DNA from: an uncultured Gemmatimonadales bacterium
GTDB taxonomy: Bacteria > Gemmatimonadota > Gemmatimonadetes > Gemmatimonadales > GWC2-71-9
Reading direction: 5' to 3'
Length of the DNA stretch: 64,000 bases
NCBI GenBank assembly: GCA_963779755.1
Contig: CAVZZO010000003.1
Coordinates: 1,216,001-1,280,000, forward strand
The notes beneath the pieces were generated by a model. The model ran no database searches and was not told the origin of the DNA. It saw only the letters and a list, made by a program, of their open reading frames with translations. Positions 47,388 through 57,414 of this stretch are shown here, in pieces (position 1 is the first letter of the stretch; every line of letters begins with the position of its first letter). Position numbers and translations under genes: made by a program.

Positions 47388-49502
47388 TCAGTGCCCGCCG
47401 GTCAGCTCATCGGCCAGCGCGGTGGCGCCATAGATCTTGCGCAGCGCCTCGACAATGCCGCGGGAGTCGACTGCGACGGCCCGCGCTACCCGCTCGGTGA
47501 ACAGGAACCGGTTCGGCAGCATTTCGATATTACCGTCGAAGATGAGCCCCACCAGGCGGCCTTCCCGGTCGATCACCGGACTGCCCGAGTTGCCGCCGAT
47601 GATATCGGCGGTGGCGACCAGGTCGAGCGGCGTCGTGAGATCCAGCGAGTCGCGCCGGTCGATCCAGCGCTGGGTCAGGTCCCAGGGCGCTTGGCTGCCG
47701 AAGCCGTAGTGCCGGTCGTACAGGCCGTAGAAGGTGGTGTAGGGGGGGGCGTAGGTCCCGTTCATGGGATACCGCTTCACCTCGCCGTCGGAGATCCGCA
47801 GGCTGAAAGTGGCGTCCGGCGCCACGCTGTTGCCGAACACCGCCAGCAGCGCCCGGGCGATGCGCTCGTCATACTTGGCCTCGTCGTTGGAGAGATCGCC
47901 GGCCTGGGCCTGGACCTTGCGCTCCAGCGGCTCGATCACCCTCGCCAGCTTGATGAACGGATCACTGGAGGACTGAATCGCCGAGGCCCCGCCTTCCATC
48001 AGTGCCTTGCGTCCCGCGGCGGTCGTGAGGGTCGTCGCCGCCACCATCTGTTTGGCCGCCTGCTCCGGTGTCCGGCCGGCGAGCGCCGCCTGCAGCACCG
48101 GGTCGGACGCGGGAAGCGCCGCCTTCATGGCCTCGAAATACTGGGCCAGCATGGCCGTTTCCATGGCGGCATCCACCGTGTCCTGCGCCCCCAGCAGCGC
48201 CTGCACCCGCGCGCGGTTACGCTCCTGGAACATGGGCTGCCGCAGGCTGTCGGGCTTGGCCATCTCCGCCGGCATCCGGACCAGCAGCCCCGCCATCGGC
48301 AGCAGGCGAGCGCCCCAGGTGCTGAAGGAGTAGAACCGCCGCTGCGCGTCGAGCGTGCGCATCTGGTCGCGGATGGCCGCGATCCCCTGCCAGGGGTCGC
48401 CGAACTGCTGCTTCAGCCTGGGGTCGGAGGAGACCTGCTGCCGGAAATTCTTCTCCCAGGCCTGCTTCCGCGCCATCAGCGCGGGATCGAGCAGGCCGGC
48501 CTGGTAGCCGCCGATGGCCTTCTGCGCGTTCTCCAGCCCGAAGAGGGTATTGCGCAGCGCCTTGGCCCGGTCGTCGCTCATCTCGGAGAGCCCCTTGTAC
48601 ACCCGGATCATGCGCGCCAGCTGATCCAGCTGGGCGGGATACTGCACGTCGCGCAGGAAGGTGAGCTGGGCCGTGGTGTTGAGCCGCCCCGTGGATCCCG
48701 GGTTGCCGATAACGAAGACAAGATCGCCTTCCTTGGTACCGGCGGGGCTCCAGCGGAAGTACTCGGTGTGGGCCGGCGCGTTGTTCTCGTAGGCCCGCAG
48801 AATGGACACGTCCAGGTCGTGCCGCGGGTAGGTGAAGTTATCGGGATCGCCGCCGAAGAAGGCCGTCTGCGATTCCACCGCGAACACCAGCCGGACATCG
48901 CTGAACCGGCGGAAGCGATACAGCTTGTACTGGCCCCCGCGGTACATCGTCACCACCTGGCAGACGGTATCCGCGCCCCCGCCGCAGGCCTTCTCGATCC
49001 GCTGAATGGCGGTCTGCCGACGTTCGGCCGCCTGGTTCGAAGGCGTGGAGGCGGTAATGCCATGGTTGACGCTGTCGGTAACGTCCGTGATCGACTGCAA
49101 CTGGTCCATCACCAGGCCGGGACAGGGACGCTCCTCGTCCCGCGCGGCCGAGGAGAAGCCGTTGGCCAGCAGATCTTCGCCCGGCTTGGTCACGGCCTCG
49201 ACGCAGGCGCGGGCGCAGTGATGGTTGGTGAGAATGAGCCCCTCGGCCGACACGAACGATGCCGAGCAGCCGCTGCTCAGCCGGCCCGCGGCGAGGCGGG
49301 CGTGGTCGAGCCAGGCCTGGTCGGGATGGAAGTCGTAACGCTTGGCCCAGTAGGCCATGGGCGGCGCATCGAAGGTCCACATCTTGCCTGTCTCCAGGCC
49401 CGGATATTCTCCCTGCATGGTGGCGGGGGCCTGCGCCCCGGCGCTCGCCGCGGCGAGCATGGTCACGAGTACCAGACTGCAAACGGTTCTCAAGCGGGAC
49501 AT
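47388..49502 (-). CDS. S46-family dipeptidyl peptidase
   Basis: GKMW, CSASFVS, TNHHC, DIIGGNSGSP and FDGN motifs; signal peptide. Confidence 0.92.
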   Translation of the reverse strand: MSRLRTVCSLVLVTMLAAASAGAQAPATMQGEYPGLETGKMWTFDAPPMAYWAKRYDFHPDQAWLDHARLAAGRLSSGCSASFVSAEGLILTNHHCARACVEAVTKPGEDLLANGFSSAARDEERPCPGLVMDQLQSITDVTDSVNHGITASTPSNQAAERRQTAIQRIEKACGGGADTVCQVVTMYRGGQYKLYRFRRFSDVRLVFAVESQTAFFGGDPDNFTYPRHDLDVSILRAYENNAPAHTEYFRWSPAGTKEGDLVFVIGNPGSTGRLNTTAQLTFLRDVQYPAQLDQLARMIRVYKGLSEMSDDRAKALRNTLFGLENAQKAIGGYQAGLLDPALMARKQAWEKNFRQQVSSDPRLKQQFGDPWQGIAAIRDQMRTLDAQRRFYSFSTWGARLLPMAGLLVRMPAEMAKPDSLRQPMFQERNRARVQALLGAQDTVDAAMETAMLAQYFEAMKAALPASDPVLQAALAGRTPEQAAKQMVAATTLTTAAGRKALMEGGASAIQSSSDPFIKLARVIEPLERKVQAQAGDLSNDEAKYDERIARALLAVFGNSVAPDATFSLRISDGEVKRYPMNGTYAPPYTTFYGLYDRHYGFGSQAPWDLTQRWIDRRDSLDLTTPLDLVATADIIGGNSGSPVIDREGRLVGLIFDGNIEMLPNRFLFTERVARAVAVDSRGIVEALRKIYGATALADELTGGH

Positions 49503-49605
49503 GGCACGCTCCAGGTGACTGTTAAGGAAGGGCGCTGGAACAAGAGGCCGGGCGACCGGTTTTTGCAAGACCCGGCGGCGAATCCCGAACGGCAGACTCG
49601 GGTCT

Positions 49606-49738
49606 GGGAAAAAACGGGAGAAAGACGGGAATGAGACGGGATGGAGACGGGAGCGGACGCGCTCCTCCCGTCTTTCTCCCGTCCTGCTCCCGTCTTTCTC
49701 CCGTCCTGCTCCCGTCTTTCTCCCGTCCTGCTCCCGTC
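49606..49738. repeat. Gene-less inverted pair of 11-bp tandem arrays
   Basis: 4-5 GACGGGAnnnn units, ~10-nt spacer, then 7 units alternating TTTCTCCCGTC and CTGCTCCCGTC. Confidence 0.92.
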
Positions 49739-49784
49739 GCTAGATTCCCGGCCAGACTTTCCTCCACCCCCAACTCCATCTCCC

Positions 49785-51554
49785 ATGACCTGGCAGGCCT
49801 GGTTTACACTCGCCGTCAGCATCGGGACCATCGCGCTGCTGGCCCGCGATATCGTCGCGCCCGCCTCCGCCATGATGGGCGCCACCATCCTGCTGCTGGT
49901 GGTGGGCGTCATCTCGCCGGGACAGGCGTTTGCGGGCTTCGGCAATCCCGCCCCGATTACCGTCGCCGCCCTGTACATCCTGGCACGGGCCGTGGAGAAG
50001 ACCGGGCTCATGCACCCGCTGGTGAGCGGCCTGCTGGGCCGGGGAGGCGGAGGGCGCCGCACCCTCACCCGGCTGCTGCTGCCGTCCGCGGCGGGCTCGG
50101 CGTTCCTCAACAACACGCCGATCGTGGCCATGCTCATGCCGGTGGTGAACCAGTGGTCGGAAGAGCACCGGGAATCGCCCTCGGGCTACCTCATGCCGCT
50201 CTCCTTCGCCGTCATTCTGGGCGGCGTGGTCACCGCCATCGGCACCTCCACCAATCTGGTGATTTCCGGCCTGCTGGAGCAGTCGGGCCAGCGGCCCATG
50301 GGGCTGTTCGAGCTGACGCCCATCGGGCTGCCGGTCATGGTGGTGGGACTGCTGCTGCTCATCGCGCTCACCCCGGTGCTCCTCCCCGAACGCAAGACGG
50401 CCCGCGCCGACCTGGGCGAGGATTTCCGTGAGTTCGTGGTGAGCATGGAGGTGATCGGGGACGGGCCGCTCGACGGCCGCACGGTGGAGGAAGCGGGCCT
50501 GCGCAACCTGATGGGGGTTTTCCTGGCCGAGATCGAGCGGGGGGGAGAAGTCATCGCGCCGGCCCGTCCCACCACCGTCCTGCACGGCGGCGACCGGCTC
50601 AGCTTCGTGGGCAAGGTCGATCAGGTGGTCGACCTGCAGGGCCGCCGCGGGCTCCGCTCCAGCGAGCAGCACCACCTCACCCCCTTCGATACCAGCCGCC
50701 ACACCTTCTTCGAAGCCGTGGTGGGCGCGGCCTCGCCCCTGGTGGGCAAGACGGTGAAGGAAATCGAATTCCGCAGCCGCTACCAGGCCGCCGTGGTCGC
50801 CATCCACCGCTCCGGCCAGCGCGTACGCGCCAAGCTGGGCGAGGTCCGGATCCGCCTGGGCGACACGCTCCTGCTGCTCACCGACCCCGGCTTCCGCGAC
50901 CGCTGGCGCGACCGCAATGACTTCCTGCTCGTCTCCCGGCTGGGCGGTGCAGCGCCGGGCGTTACCCGCAAGGCCTGGATCGTGGGACTCGTCACGCTGG
51001 CCATCGTGGTCGTCGCCGGCCTGGGGCTGGTGCCCATCCTGCAGGCGTCGCTGGTGGGCGTGATCATCCTGGTGGCATCCGGCGTGCTGACGGCGGCGGA
51101 GGCGCGCAACGCGGTGGACCTGGACGTGCTGATCCTGATCGCCGCGTCCTTCGGGCTGGGAGCCGCGATCTCGGAGAGCGGCCTCGCAACCCATATCGCC
51201 ACGTTCATCACCGGGACTTTTGCCTCGCTGGGCCACACCGGGGCGCTGCTCGGCGTCGTGCTCGGCACCATCGTGCTGACGGAGCTGGTCACCAATAACG
51301 CGGCGGCGGCGCTGATGTTCCCCATCGGGTGGGCGGCGGCGCTGCAGGTGGGAGCCGATCCGCGCGGCTTTGCCATGGCCGTGGCGGTGAGCGCCTCGGC
51401 ATCGTTCCTCACCCCCATCGGCTACCAGACCAATACCATGGTCTACGGCCCGGGGGGCTATCGCTTCTGGGATTACATCCGGCTGGGATTCCCGCTGACG
51501 ATCGTGGTGATCATTACGATCGTGCTGCTGGTGCCGGTGGTGTGGGCCATGTAA
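49785..51554 (+). CDS. SLC13/DASS-family permease with TrkA-C domains
   Basis: SAFLNNTPIV, IGTSTN, TELVTNNAAA and TPIGYQTN motifs. Confidence 0.92.
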   Translation: MTWQAWFTLAVSIGTIALLARDIVAPASAMMGATILLLVVGVISPGQAFAGFGNPAPITVAALYILARAVEKTGLMHPLVSGLLGRGGGGRRTLTRLLLPSAAGSAFLNNTPIVAMLMPVVNQWSEEHRESPSGYLMPLSFAVILGGVVTAIGTSTNLVISGLLEQSGQRPMGLFELTPIGLPVMVVGLLLLIALTPVLLPERKTARADLGEDFREFVVSMEVIGDGPLDGRTVEEAGLRNLMGVFLAEIERGGEVIAPARPTTVLHGGDRLSFVGKVDQVVDLQGRRGLRSSEQHHLTPFDTSRHTFFEAVVGAASPLVGKTVKEIEFRSRYQAAVVAIHRSGQRVRAKLGEVRIRLGDTLLLLTDPGFRDRWRDRNDFLLVSRLGGAAPGVTRKAWIVGLVTLAIVVVAGLGLVPILQASLVGVIILVASGVLTAAEARNAVDLDVLILIAASFGLGAAISESGLATHIATFITGTFASLGHTGALLGVVLGTIVLTELVTNNAAAALMFPIGWAAALQVGADPRGFAMAVAVSASASFLTPIGYQTNTMVYGPGGYRFWDYIRLGFPLTIVVIITIVLLVPVVWAM

Positions 51555-51586
51555 GCCGGCGGGCTGAAGCCGCCGGTGCCCGGCGC

Positions 51587-52078
51587 CTACTGATTGCGGT
51601 CCACCGCCACCGCCTCCACCCGGAACACCAGCGTGGAATTTGGCGGGATGGTCCCCATCCCCTGGGCGCCATACCCGAGCGAGGGCGGAATCACCAGGAG
51701 CCGCGCCCCGCCCGGCTTCATTCCCGCCACGCCTTCATCCCATCCCTGGATCACCTGGCCCCGTCCCAGGAGGAAGGAGAACGGCGCCCCTCCCTCACCT
51801 GTGCTGTCGAATTTTCTGCCGTCAGGCAACCATCCGGTGTAACGCACGCTGACCCGGTCGCCCGGCGCGGCGGCCGGCCCCTCGCCCTCCGTGAGATCCT
51901 GGATATAGAGCCCGTCGGCGGTCTGGCGCATCGCTTTGAGGTGTACGCCGAGCGCCGGCGCGTAGGAGACCTCGCCGGGATTGCCCCCGCTGGTTTCGGG
52001 GTGCTTGCGGAAACTGTCGAGACACCCGGTGGCGGTGACGGCAAGCAGCAGCAGAGCAAAGGCGGTTCGGCGGGTCAT
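51587..52078 (-). CDS. FKBP-type peptidyl-prolyl isomerase (lipoprotein)
   Basis: YTGWL..FDS, VIQGWDEG, IPPSLGYG and IPPNSTLVF motifs. Confidence 0.93.
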   Translation of the reverse strand: MTRRTAFALLLLAVTATGCLDSFRKHPETSGGNPGEVSYAPALGVHLKAMRQTADGLYIQDLTEGEGPAAAPGDRVSVRYTGWLPDGRKFDSTGEGGAPFSFLLGRGQVIQGWDEGVAGMKPGGARLLVIPPSLGYGAQGMGTIPPNSTLVFRVEAVAVDRNQ

Positions 52079-52800
52079 GCACGCTCCAGGCGGGCGAGCC
52101 AGCTGCCGTACTCGCCCCGAAAGACGACATCACAATGCCACCCGGTCTCGCGCGCCTGCCGGCGCGCCAGCTCGGGATCGGCGTAGAGCTGGGGGAAGGC
52201 CGCGCCGCGCCGCCCGGCAAACTCGAGCCGGAACTCCAGCTCCCCGGGGTAGCGGCCGGGCGATACCCGGGGCGGCGGCAGAGCGCTCACGTCGGTCGAG
52301 TCGGCCAGCACCTGGCCCCCCGGCGCCACCAGCGTGTGCAGGTGCCGGAACAGCAGCGGCAACCCATCCACCGTGCCCGCCAGGCCCAGTCCGTTCATCA
52401 GCAGGAGCACGGTATCGAAGCGCTCTCCCTGAAGCGCGAAGAGATCGGCCTGCCGCGCATCGCGAACGCCCTGCCGCCGCATGATCTCCACCGCTTCGGG
52501 CACCACGTCGATGGCGACCACCTGGTGGCCGCGCGCCTGCAGCACCAGGCTGGTGCAGCCGGTGCCCGCCCCCGCATCCAGTACCCGCCCGCGACACAGC
52601 TCCAGCGCGCGGAGCTCGTAGGGCATGAAGGCCTCGGGGGACCGGAAGAACAGGGCCACCGGCAGCGATTCGCGCTGGAAGTTGTCCTCGACCACGAGGC
52701 AGGCCCCCGTATCGCCCTCCATGTAGGCCCGGAGCGCGGCGCCGTGCGGCGCCCACGCCGCCGGATCTACCCGGGCGGGGAGCGGAACGGCGCCGTTCAC
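52075..52800 (-). CDS. Class I SAM-dependent methyltransferase
   Basis: VLDAGAGTG and FDTVLLLMNG motifs. Confidence 0.88.
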   Translation of the reverse strand: MNGAVPLPARVDPAAWAPHGAALRAYMEGDTGACLVVEDNFQRESLPVALFFRSPEAFMPYELRALELCRGRVLDAGAGTGCTSLVLQARGHQVVAIDVVPEAVEIMRRQGVRDARQADLFALQGERFDTVLLLMNGLGLAGTVDGLPLLFRHLHTLVAPGGQVLADSTDVSALPPPRVSPGRYPGELEFRLEFAGRRGAAFPQLYADPELARRQARETGWHCDVVFRGEYGSWLARLERA

Positions 52801-54383
52801 CTCTGGGGCGGGACCGTCGCCAGAATATCGTGCTGGGTGCCGCCCTGCTCCAGCAGATGGAGCGCGGTGCGCAGCGGGCCGTCGTCCGGGACGGAGCGCC
52901 GCCGGGCGGCGGAATCGCCGAAGGCCATGATGGCCACCCGCGTCTCGATCAGCCGGTTGACGTAGTTCTGGCCGGCATTGAATGCGGCGCGCTCGACCGG
53001 CACGCCCCGCTTCTTGAGCCGCCGGTAGAAATCCTCACGCCAGGCCGGGGTGACATGAAAGTCCGATCGCACCGACGGCGTGACGGTTGCCGCCATGTCG
53101 TACAGCGCGAGATAGACATCCTGCATCCGGGGCGCGAGCGCGCGCGCCAGATCGCGATCGGCGCCCGCCAGCGTGTCGCTCCGGACCACAACGTCGGGGG
53201 TAATGGCGCCGCCGCCATAGACCGGGCGCCCGGCATCGCTGTGGTACACCGGCCGGGCGCTGTCGGCCTTCAGGCTGTCGGGGGCCGAGGCCGTATCCGC
53301 GCTGTCGCCTGCGGCCGGATGCAGCCCGACATCGTGCGACGGCCGCTGAATGGACCGGCCGCTCGGCGTGAACCACTTGCCCGTGGTGAGCTTGAGGGCC
53401 CAGCCGTTCTCCAGCGGGAAGACCGACTGCACCAGGCCCTTCCCGTAGGTGGTGGTGCCCACCAGCACCGCCCGATCGTGATCCTGCAGCGCGCCGGAGA
53501 CGATCTCCGTGGCGGAGGCGGAATAGCCGTCGGTCAGGATGGCCAGCGGCAGCGAGGGCAGCAGGGGATCGCGGGTAGCGAAGTAGCGCTCGGTTACGCC
53601 GTCCCGGTTGCGGACGCTGTAGATTTCGGCGCCGCGCGGCAGGAACAGATTGGCGATCATCTGGGCCTGATCGGTATAGCCGCCCCCGTTGCCCCGCAGA
53701 TCCAGCACCAGACCGCGCAGGGTACCGGTATGCAGCTGCGCCAGCGCCTCCTGCACTTCCCGGGCGGAAGTTTCACTGAACTGCTGCAGCGGGAGATAGC
53801 CGACCCCGCCGTCCAGCACCGCCACGTAGGGCACGGAGGGGATATGGATGATGGCCCGGGTCAGGCGGATCTCGATGGGCTCATCCACGCCCTGCCGCGC
53901 GAACCGCACCAGCACATCGGTCCCCGGCGTTCCCTTGAGATGGTCGGTAACGTCGGTGAAGGCCCAACCGCCGATGTCCGCGCTGTCGATGGCAATGATC
54001 TGGTCGCCCGGCTGGACGCCGGCTTCTTCCCCCGGAGTGTGGGGAAAGATGCGATTGACCGTAATGGCGCCCTCGTGATCCTCCAGCAGCAGGCCCAGCC
54101 CGCCGTAGCGTCCCGCCGTCCGCACCGTGAAGTCCGCCATCTGCCTGGGAGACACCAGGGCGGCGTAGGGATCGTGGAGACGGTCGACCAGGCCGCGCGC
54201 CGCTTCCTCGTAGAGCTGATCGGTGCTCAGCGAGTCCACGAAGCGGGTGGAGACCAGAGTAAAGACCTGGTCGAAGAGACGGGCGGCGTCGCGCTCGGCG
54301 CGGTGCTGCAGCACGAACCCCCCGGCGGCGAGGGGAACGGCCACCACCAGCAGGGCGAGCATGACCTTGCGAAAACGAGACAT
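52797..54383 (-). CDS. S41-family C-terminal processing protease (CtpA-like)
   Basis: DPY, PDZ domain, LDLRGNGGG, SASATEI, GKGLVQ and TPSGRSI motifs. Confidence 0.93.
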   Translation of the reverse strand: MSRFRKVMLALLVVAVPLAAGGFVLQHRAERDAARLFDQVFTLVSTRFVDSLSTDQLYEEAARGLVDRLHDPYAALVSPRQMADFTVRTAGRYGGLGLLLEDHEGAITVNRIFPHTPGEEAGVQPGDQIIAIDSADIGGWAFTDVTDHLKGTPGTDVLVRFARQGVDEPIEIRLTRAIIHIPSVPYVAVLDGGVGYLPLQQFSETSAREVQEALAQLHTGTLRGLVLDLRGNGGGYTDQAQMIANLFLPRGAEIYSVRNRDGVTERYFATRDPLLPSLPLAILTDGYSASATEIVSGALQDHDRAVLVGTTTYGKGLVQSVFPLENGWALKLTTGKWFTPSGRSIQRPSHDVGLHPAAGDSADTASAPDSLKADSARPVYHSDAGRPVYGGGAITPDVVVRSDTLAGADRDLARALAPRMQDVYLALYDMAATVTPSVRSDFHVTPAWREDFYRRLKKRGVPVERAAFNAGQNYVNRLIETRVAIMAFGDSAARRRSVPDDGPLRTALHLLEQGGTQHDILATVPPQR

Positions 54384-54461
54384 GAGAATGCTACCGGGGC
54401 GGAGGTCAGAGACGATTCAACTGCCTTACGATACGCAGACCGGCGGGGTTACAGTAGGGGC

Positions 54462-55715
54462 ATGGGAGAAAGTCGCACGCCGCAACGTTTCCCGGCGTTT
54501 GCCGCCGCCCTGGCCCTGTTTGCCGCCGCCTGCGGGGAACACCAGTCCCCTCCGGAACGAGCAAGAGCCGCGCCGCCCGCGGCAACTTCCGGCGTCTATT
54601 ACGCCCTGGCATTGGCCCCGGTGCACGACTCCGCCGCCGCGGCCCGGCGGCGGGATTCCCTGGCCGCTGCCGGGTGGCCCGCCAGCCTCGCCGGGGAGCG
54701 GCGGGCCTGGCGGGTGCGCCTGACCGTCACCAGCGACAGGGCGGCGGCGGAATTGATCGCCCGGGCGGTGGGACAGCGCCCAGACGCCCCCGGGCTCGAA
54801 GTGTACCGCGACTCGGGGGCCGGCCCGGCCGTCCACCTCCGCCGGGTCCAGCCGGTGAGCCCCGCCACCAGCGGGATGACGTCCCGGCTGCGCTGGACGT
54901 TGTCGCCCGGCGGGCGGATGCTGCTCATCGTGGACGATGCCGCGGCCATCGAGAACGACCCGGCGCCCGCGGGCTTCGTGCTGGCGGACGAGCGCAGCGA
55001 CAGCCTGTGGCAGCGCGACAGCATATGGGACGCGGCTCCCTCCCCCGACTGGCATACGGTGGCCTACAGCCACGCCTACATCGCGCGCGGGGGCGGCGGC
55101 GATACCCTGCCGGACCGGGCATGGCAGGCACTGGCACAGGCAGCCGGCCTGCCGGTGGGGCAGACGCGGCGCGCGGCCTTCCGCGCCAGCGGCATGTCCA
55201 CCATGTTCGGACTGGCCCGGCCGGCGCTGCTGGCTATCCCCTCCGGCCGCGATACGCTGCTGCCGCTCACCGGAGGCTGGCGACTGGCCTGGACGCCAGC
55301 GGGCGATTCGCTGGCCATCGGCCACGCGCCCGAGCACCCGCGCGACAACAGTCCGGCCGGGTCCTGGAGCATCTACCCGCGAGGCGGTGGCACCGCCGCA
55401 AGCCGGCCCGACACCGCCGGGCTGGCGTCCGTGCCGTGGACGGAGGGGCCGGTGCTGGACGTCTCGGTGCCGCCCGATACGGCCCGGCGGGTGTACCTGC
55501 CACAGGCGGCGGGGCGCCTCACCAGCGCGGGCGGCTGGATCCGGATGGACGATACCATCGTCGCACCGGGTCTGGCGCTCGTCGCCACCGCCTCGGGCTG
55601 TTTCGTCGCAGCCCTGGCCCCCGCGCCGGAGGGGAAGGACCGCCAGTCGCCCCTCATGGCCGTGGTCTATGCGCTGCGCTGCTCCCCGGCCCGCCCGGGG
55701 CCCGAGCTTCCCTGA
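54462..55715 (+). CDS. Hypothetical lipoprotein (possible SPOR-like and beta-propeller segments)
   Basis: FAAAC lipobox; ATG 6 nt after a TACAGT box; the upstream part of the 961-aa ORF is only antisense to the S41 gene. Confidence 0.65.
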   Translation: MGESRTPQRFPAFAAALALFAAACGEHQSPPERARAAPPAATSGVYYALALAPVHDSAAAARRRDSLAAAGWPASLAGERRAWRVRLTVTSDRAAAELIARAVGQRPDAPGLEVYRDSGAGPAVHLRRVQPVSPATSGMTSRLRWTLSPGGRMLLIVDDAAAIENDPAPAGFVLADERSDSLWQRDSIWDAAPSPDWHTVAYSHAYIARGGGGDTLPDRAWQALAQAAGLPVGQTRRAAFRASGMSTMFGLARPALLAIPSGRDTLLPLTGGWRLAWTPAGDSLAIGHAPEHPRDNSPAGSWSIYPRGGGTAASRPDTAGLASVPWTEGPVLDVSVPPDTARRVYLPQAAGRLTSAGGWIRMDDTIVAPGLALVATASGCFVAALAPAPEGKDRQSPLMAVVYALRCSPARPGPELP

Positions 55716-55742
55716 GCGCGGTTTTTCGGCGCATATTGCGAC

Positions 55743-57401
55743 ATGCCTCTGCCTCGCACTCTGCTCCTCACTCCCCTGCTGCTCTGCTGGGTCCTGGGCC
55801 GGCCGGGCCCGGTCTCCGGCCAGACGCCGCTGGATCGCGCCATGGCGGAGTTCTGGAATGCGGGAGATTCGGGCGCGGTGCAGGCATCCATCCGGAAGAT
55901 CGAGCAAACGGGGCCCGCCTTCGACACGGTACTCTCGCGGCTGGGGTCGGGCCGGACCTACTCGGCCTCCGTGCCCCGGGGGCGGCTCAGCCTCGAGCAC
56001 CGCACCAGCGACGGCCAGCGGCATCACTACACCCTGATCGTCCCGTCCACCTACGATCCGGCGCATCGCGCTCCCCTCTGGATCTTCCTCCACGGAGGCG
56101 TGAACACGGAAGACCGCTCCCTGGACCGCGAGTGGGACTTCGAGCGCTTCCACGCTCCGGAAGGCATCTCGCTCTATCCCGCCGCTTGGCGCGGAGCCAT
56201 GTGGTGGCACGAGAACCAGCTGGAGAATCTGCTGGGCATCCTGGACGAGCTGAAGCGCACCTATAACATCGACGAGAACCGGGTCTACGTCGTGGGCGTC
56301 TCCGACGGCGGCACCGGCGCCTATTTTCTGGCCTTCCGCCATCCCACTCCCTTCGCCGCCATCGTGGCCCTGCTGGGCCATCCCGCGGTGCTGACCGAGG
56401 CGCGACTCGGCGCCGGTGGGCAGTTCTACGTGTCCAACCTGCGGAACACGCCGCTCTACGTGGTTAACGGGCTGCTGGATCCGGTCTATCCCGCGCTGGA
56501 TGTGCTGCCCTATCTGAACCTGTTCCGGCGCGCCGGCGTGCAGATGACGCTCCGGCTGCGCCAGGATTCCGGCCACGAGCTGACCTGGTGGCCGCAGGAG
56601 GAGGGCGCCGTCGCCGCCTTCGCCCATGCGCACCCCCGCGCCCCGCTGCCCGATACCATCTCCTGGGCCACCAGCCGGCCGGCGGTATCGGGCCGGGCCT
56701 ACTGGGTGATGATCGACTCGCTGGGAAGCGCGCAGGATGAAAGCACCCTCCCCGTCTATGACAGCATTACCCCGCTGCCGCCGGTGCCGAACCTCGGCAT
56801 TCAGGTCGATCCGGCCAGCACCGAGGGGGTGCGGGTGCTCTCGGTCGAGTTGGGATCGGTTGCGGGGAACGCGGGGCTGCGCGCGGAAGATCGTATCGTC
56901 GAGGTCAATGGAGCACCGACGCCGACCGTCAAGGCGTTCATCGAGGCGACGCGCGGCATCGGCTGGTCGGACTCGCTGGACCTCACCGTCCTGCGGGGCC
57001 TGCAACAGCTGGAGATTCCCGCCTTCATCGGCCCCCGGCCCGCGGGGGAACAGCGGCGATCCCGACTGGCTTTTCCTCACCCCCTGCCGGGCGGCCGGCT
57101 GGAGCTGGTACGCGAGGGGAACACGGTGACCGTCCGGACGGAGCACGTGAGGCAGTTCACGCTCTTCCTCTCTCCCCAGCAGTTCGATTTCCACCGCCCC
57201 GTCCGGGTCGTCACCAATGGGCGGGTGGCGTTCGACGATCTGATCTCACCCGACCTGACCACCCTCCTCGAGCTGGCCGCCGCGGACAACGACCGGAGTA
57301 TGCTATTCGGCGCCACGCTGACCATCCGTGAGCCACCGGCGGACGGCTCCACGCGGGAGCGCTCCAGCGCCCGCTCGGGCGGGCCTCCCTCCTCTCCCTG
57401 A
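55743..57401 (+). CDS. Exported alpha/beta hydrolase with a PDZ domain
   Basis: FLHGG, RVYVVGVSDGG nucleophile elbow, and AGLRAEDRIVEVNG PDZ motif. Confidence 0.8.
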   Translation: MPLPRTLLLTPLLLCWVLGRPGPVSGQTPLDRAMAEFWNAGDSGAVQASIRKIEQTGPAFDTVLSRLGSGRTYSASVPRGRLSLEHRTSDGQRHHYTLIVPSTYDPAHRAPLWIFLHGGVNTEDRSLDREWDFERFHAPEGISLYPAAWRGAMWWHENQLENLLGILDELKRTYNIDENRVYVVGVSDGGTGAYFLAFRHPTPFAAIVALLGHPAVLTEARLGAGGQFYVSNLRNTPLYVVNGLLDPVYPALDVLPYLNLFRRAGVQMTLRLRQDSGHELTWWPQEEGAVAAFAHAHPRAPLPDTISWATSRPAVSGRAYWVMIDSLGSAQDESTLPVYDSITPLPPVPNLGIQVDPASTEGVRVLSVELGSVAGNAGLRAEDRIVEVNGAPTPTVKAFIEATRGIGWSDSLDLTVLRGLQQLEIPAFIGPRPAGEQRRSRLAFPHPLPGGRLELVREGNTVTVRTEHVRQFTLFLSPQQFDFHRPVRVVTNGRVAFDDLISPDLTTLLELAAADNDRSMLFGATLTIREPPADGSTRERSSARSGGPPSSP

Positions 57402-57414
57402 GGGCCCCCGCGGC

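Noticed and set aside
47325..47390. CTGAGAGACTGAGA / GCAGAGGCGCTGAG traces (similar at 34063-34100)
   Set aside because: Only about two degenerate units; may be decayed repeat elements but too weak to call
52830..54461. N-terminal 544 aa of the 961-aa ORF
   Set aside because: Antisense to the S41 protease; the real gene most likely starts at ATG 54462, which has a -10 box and a lipobox
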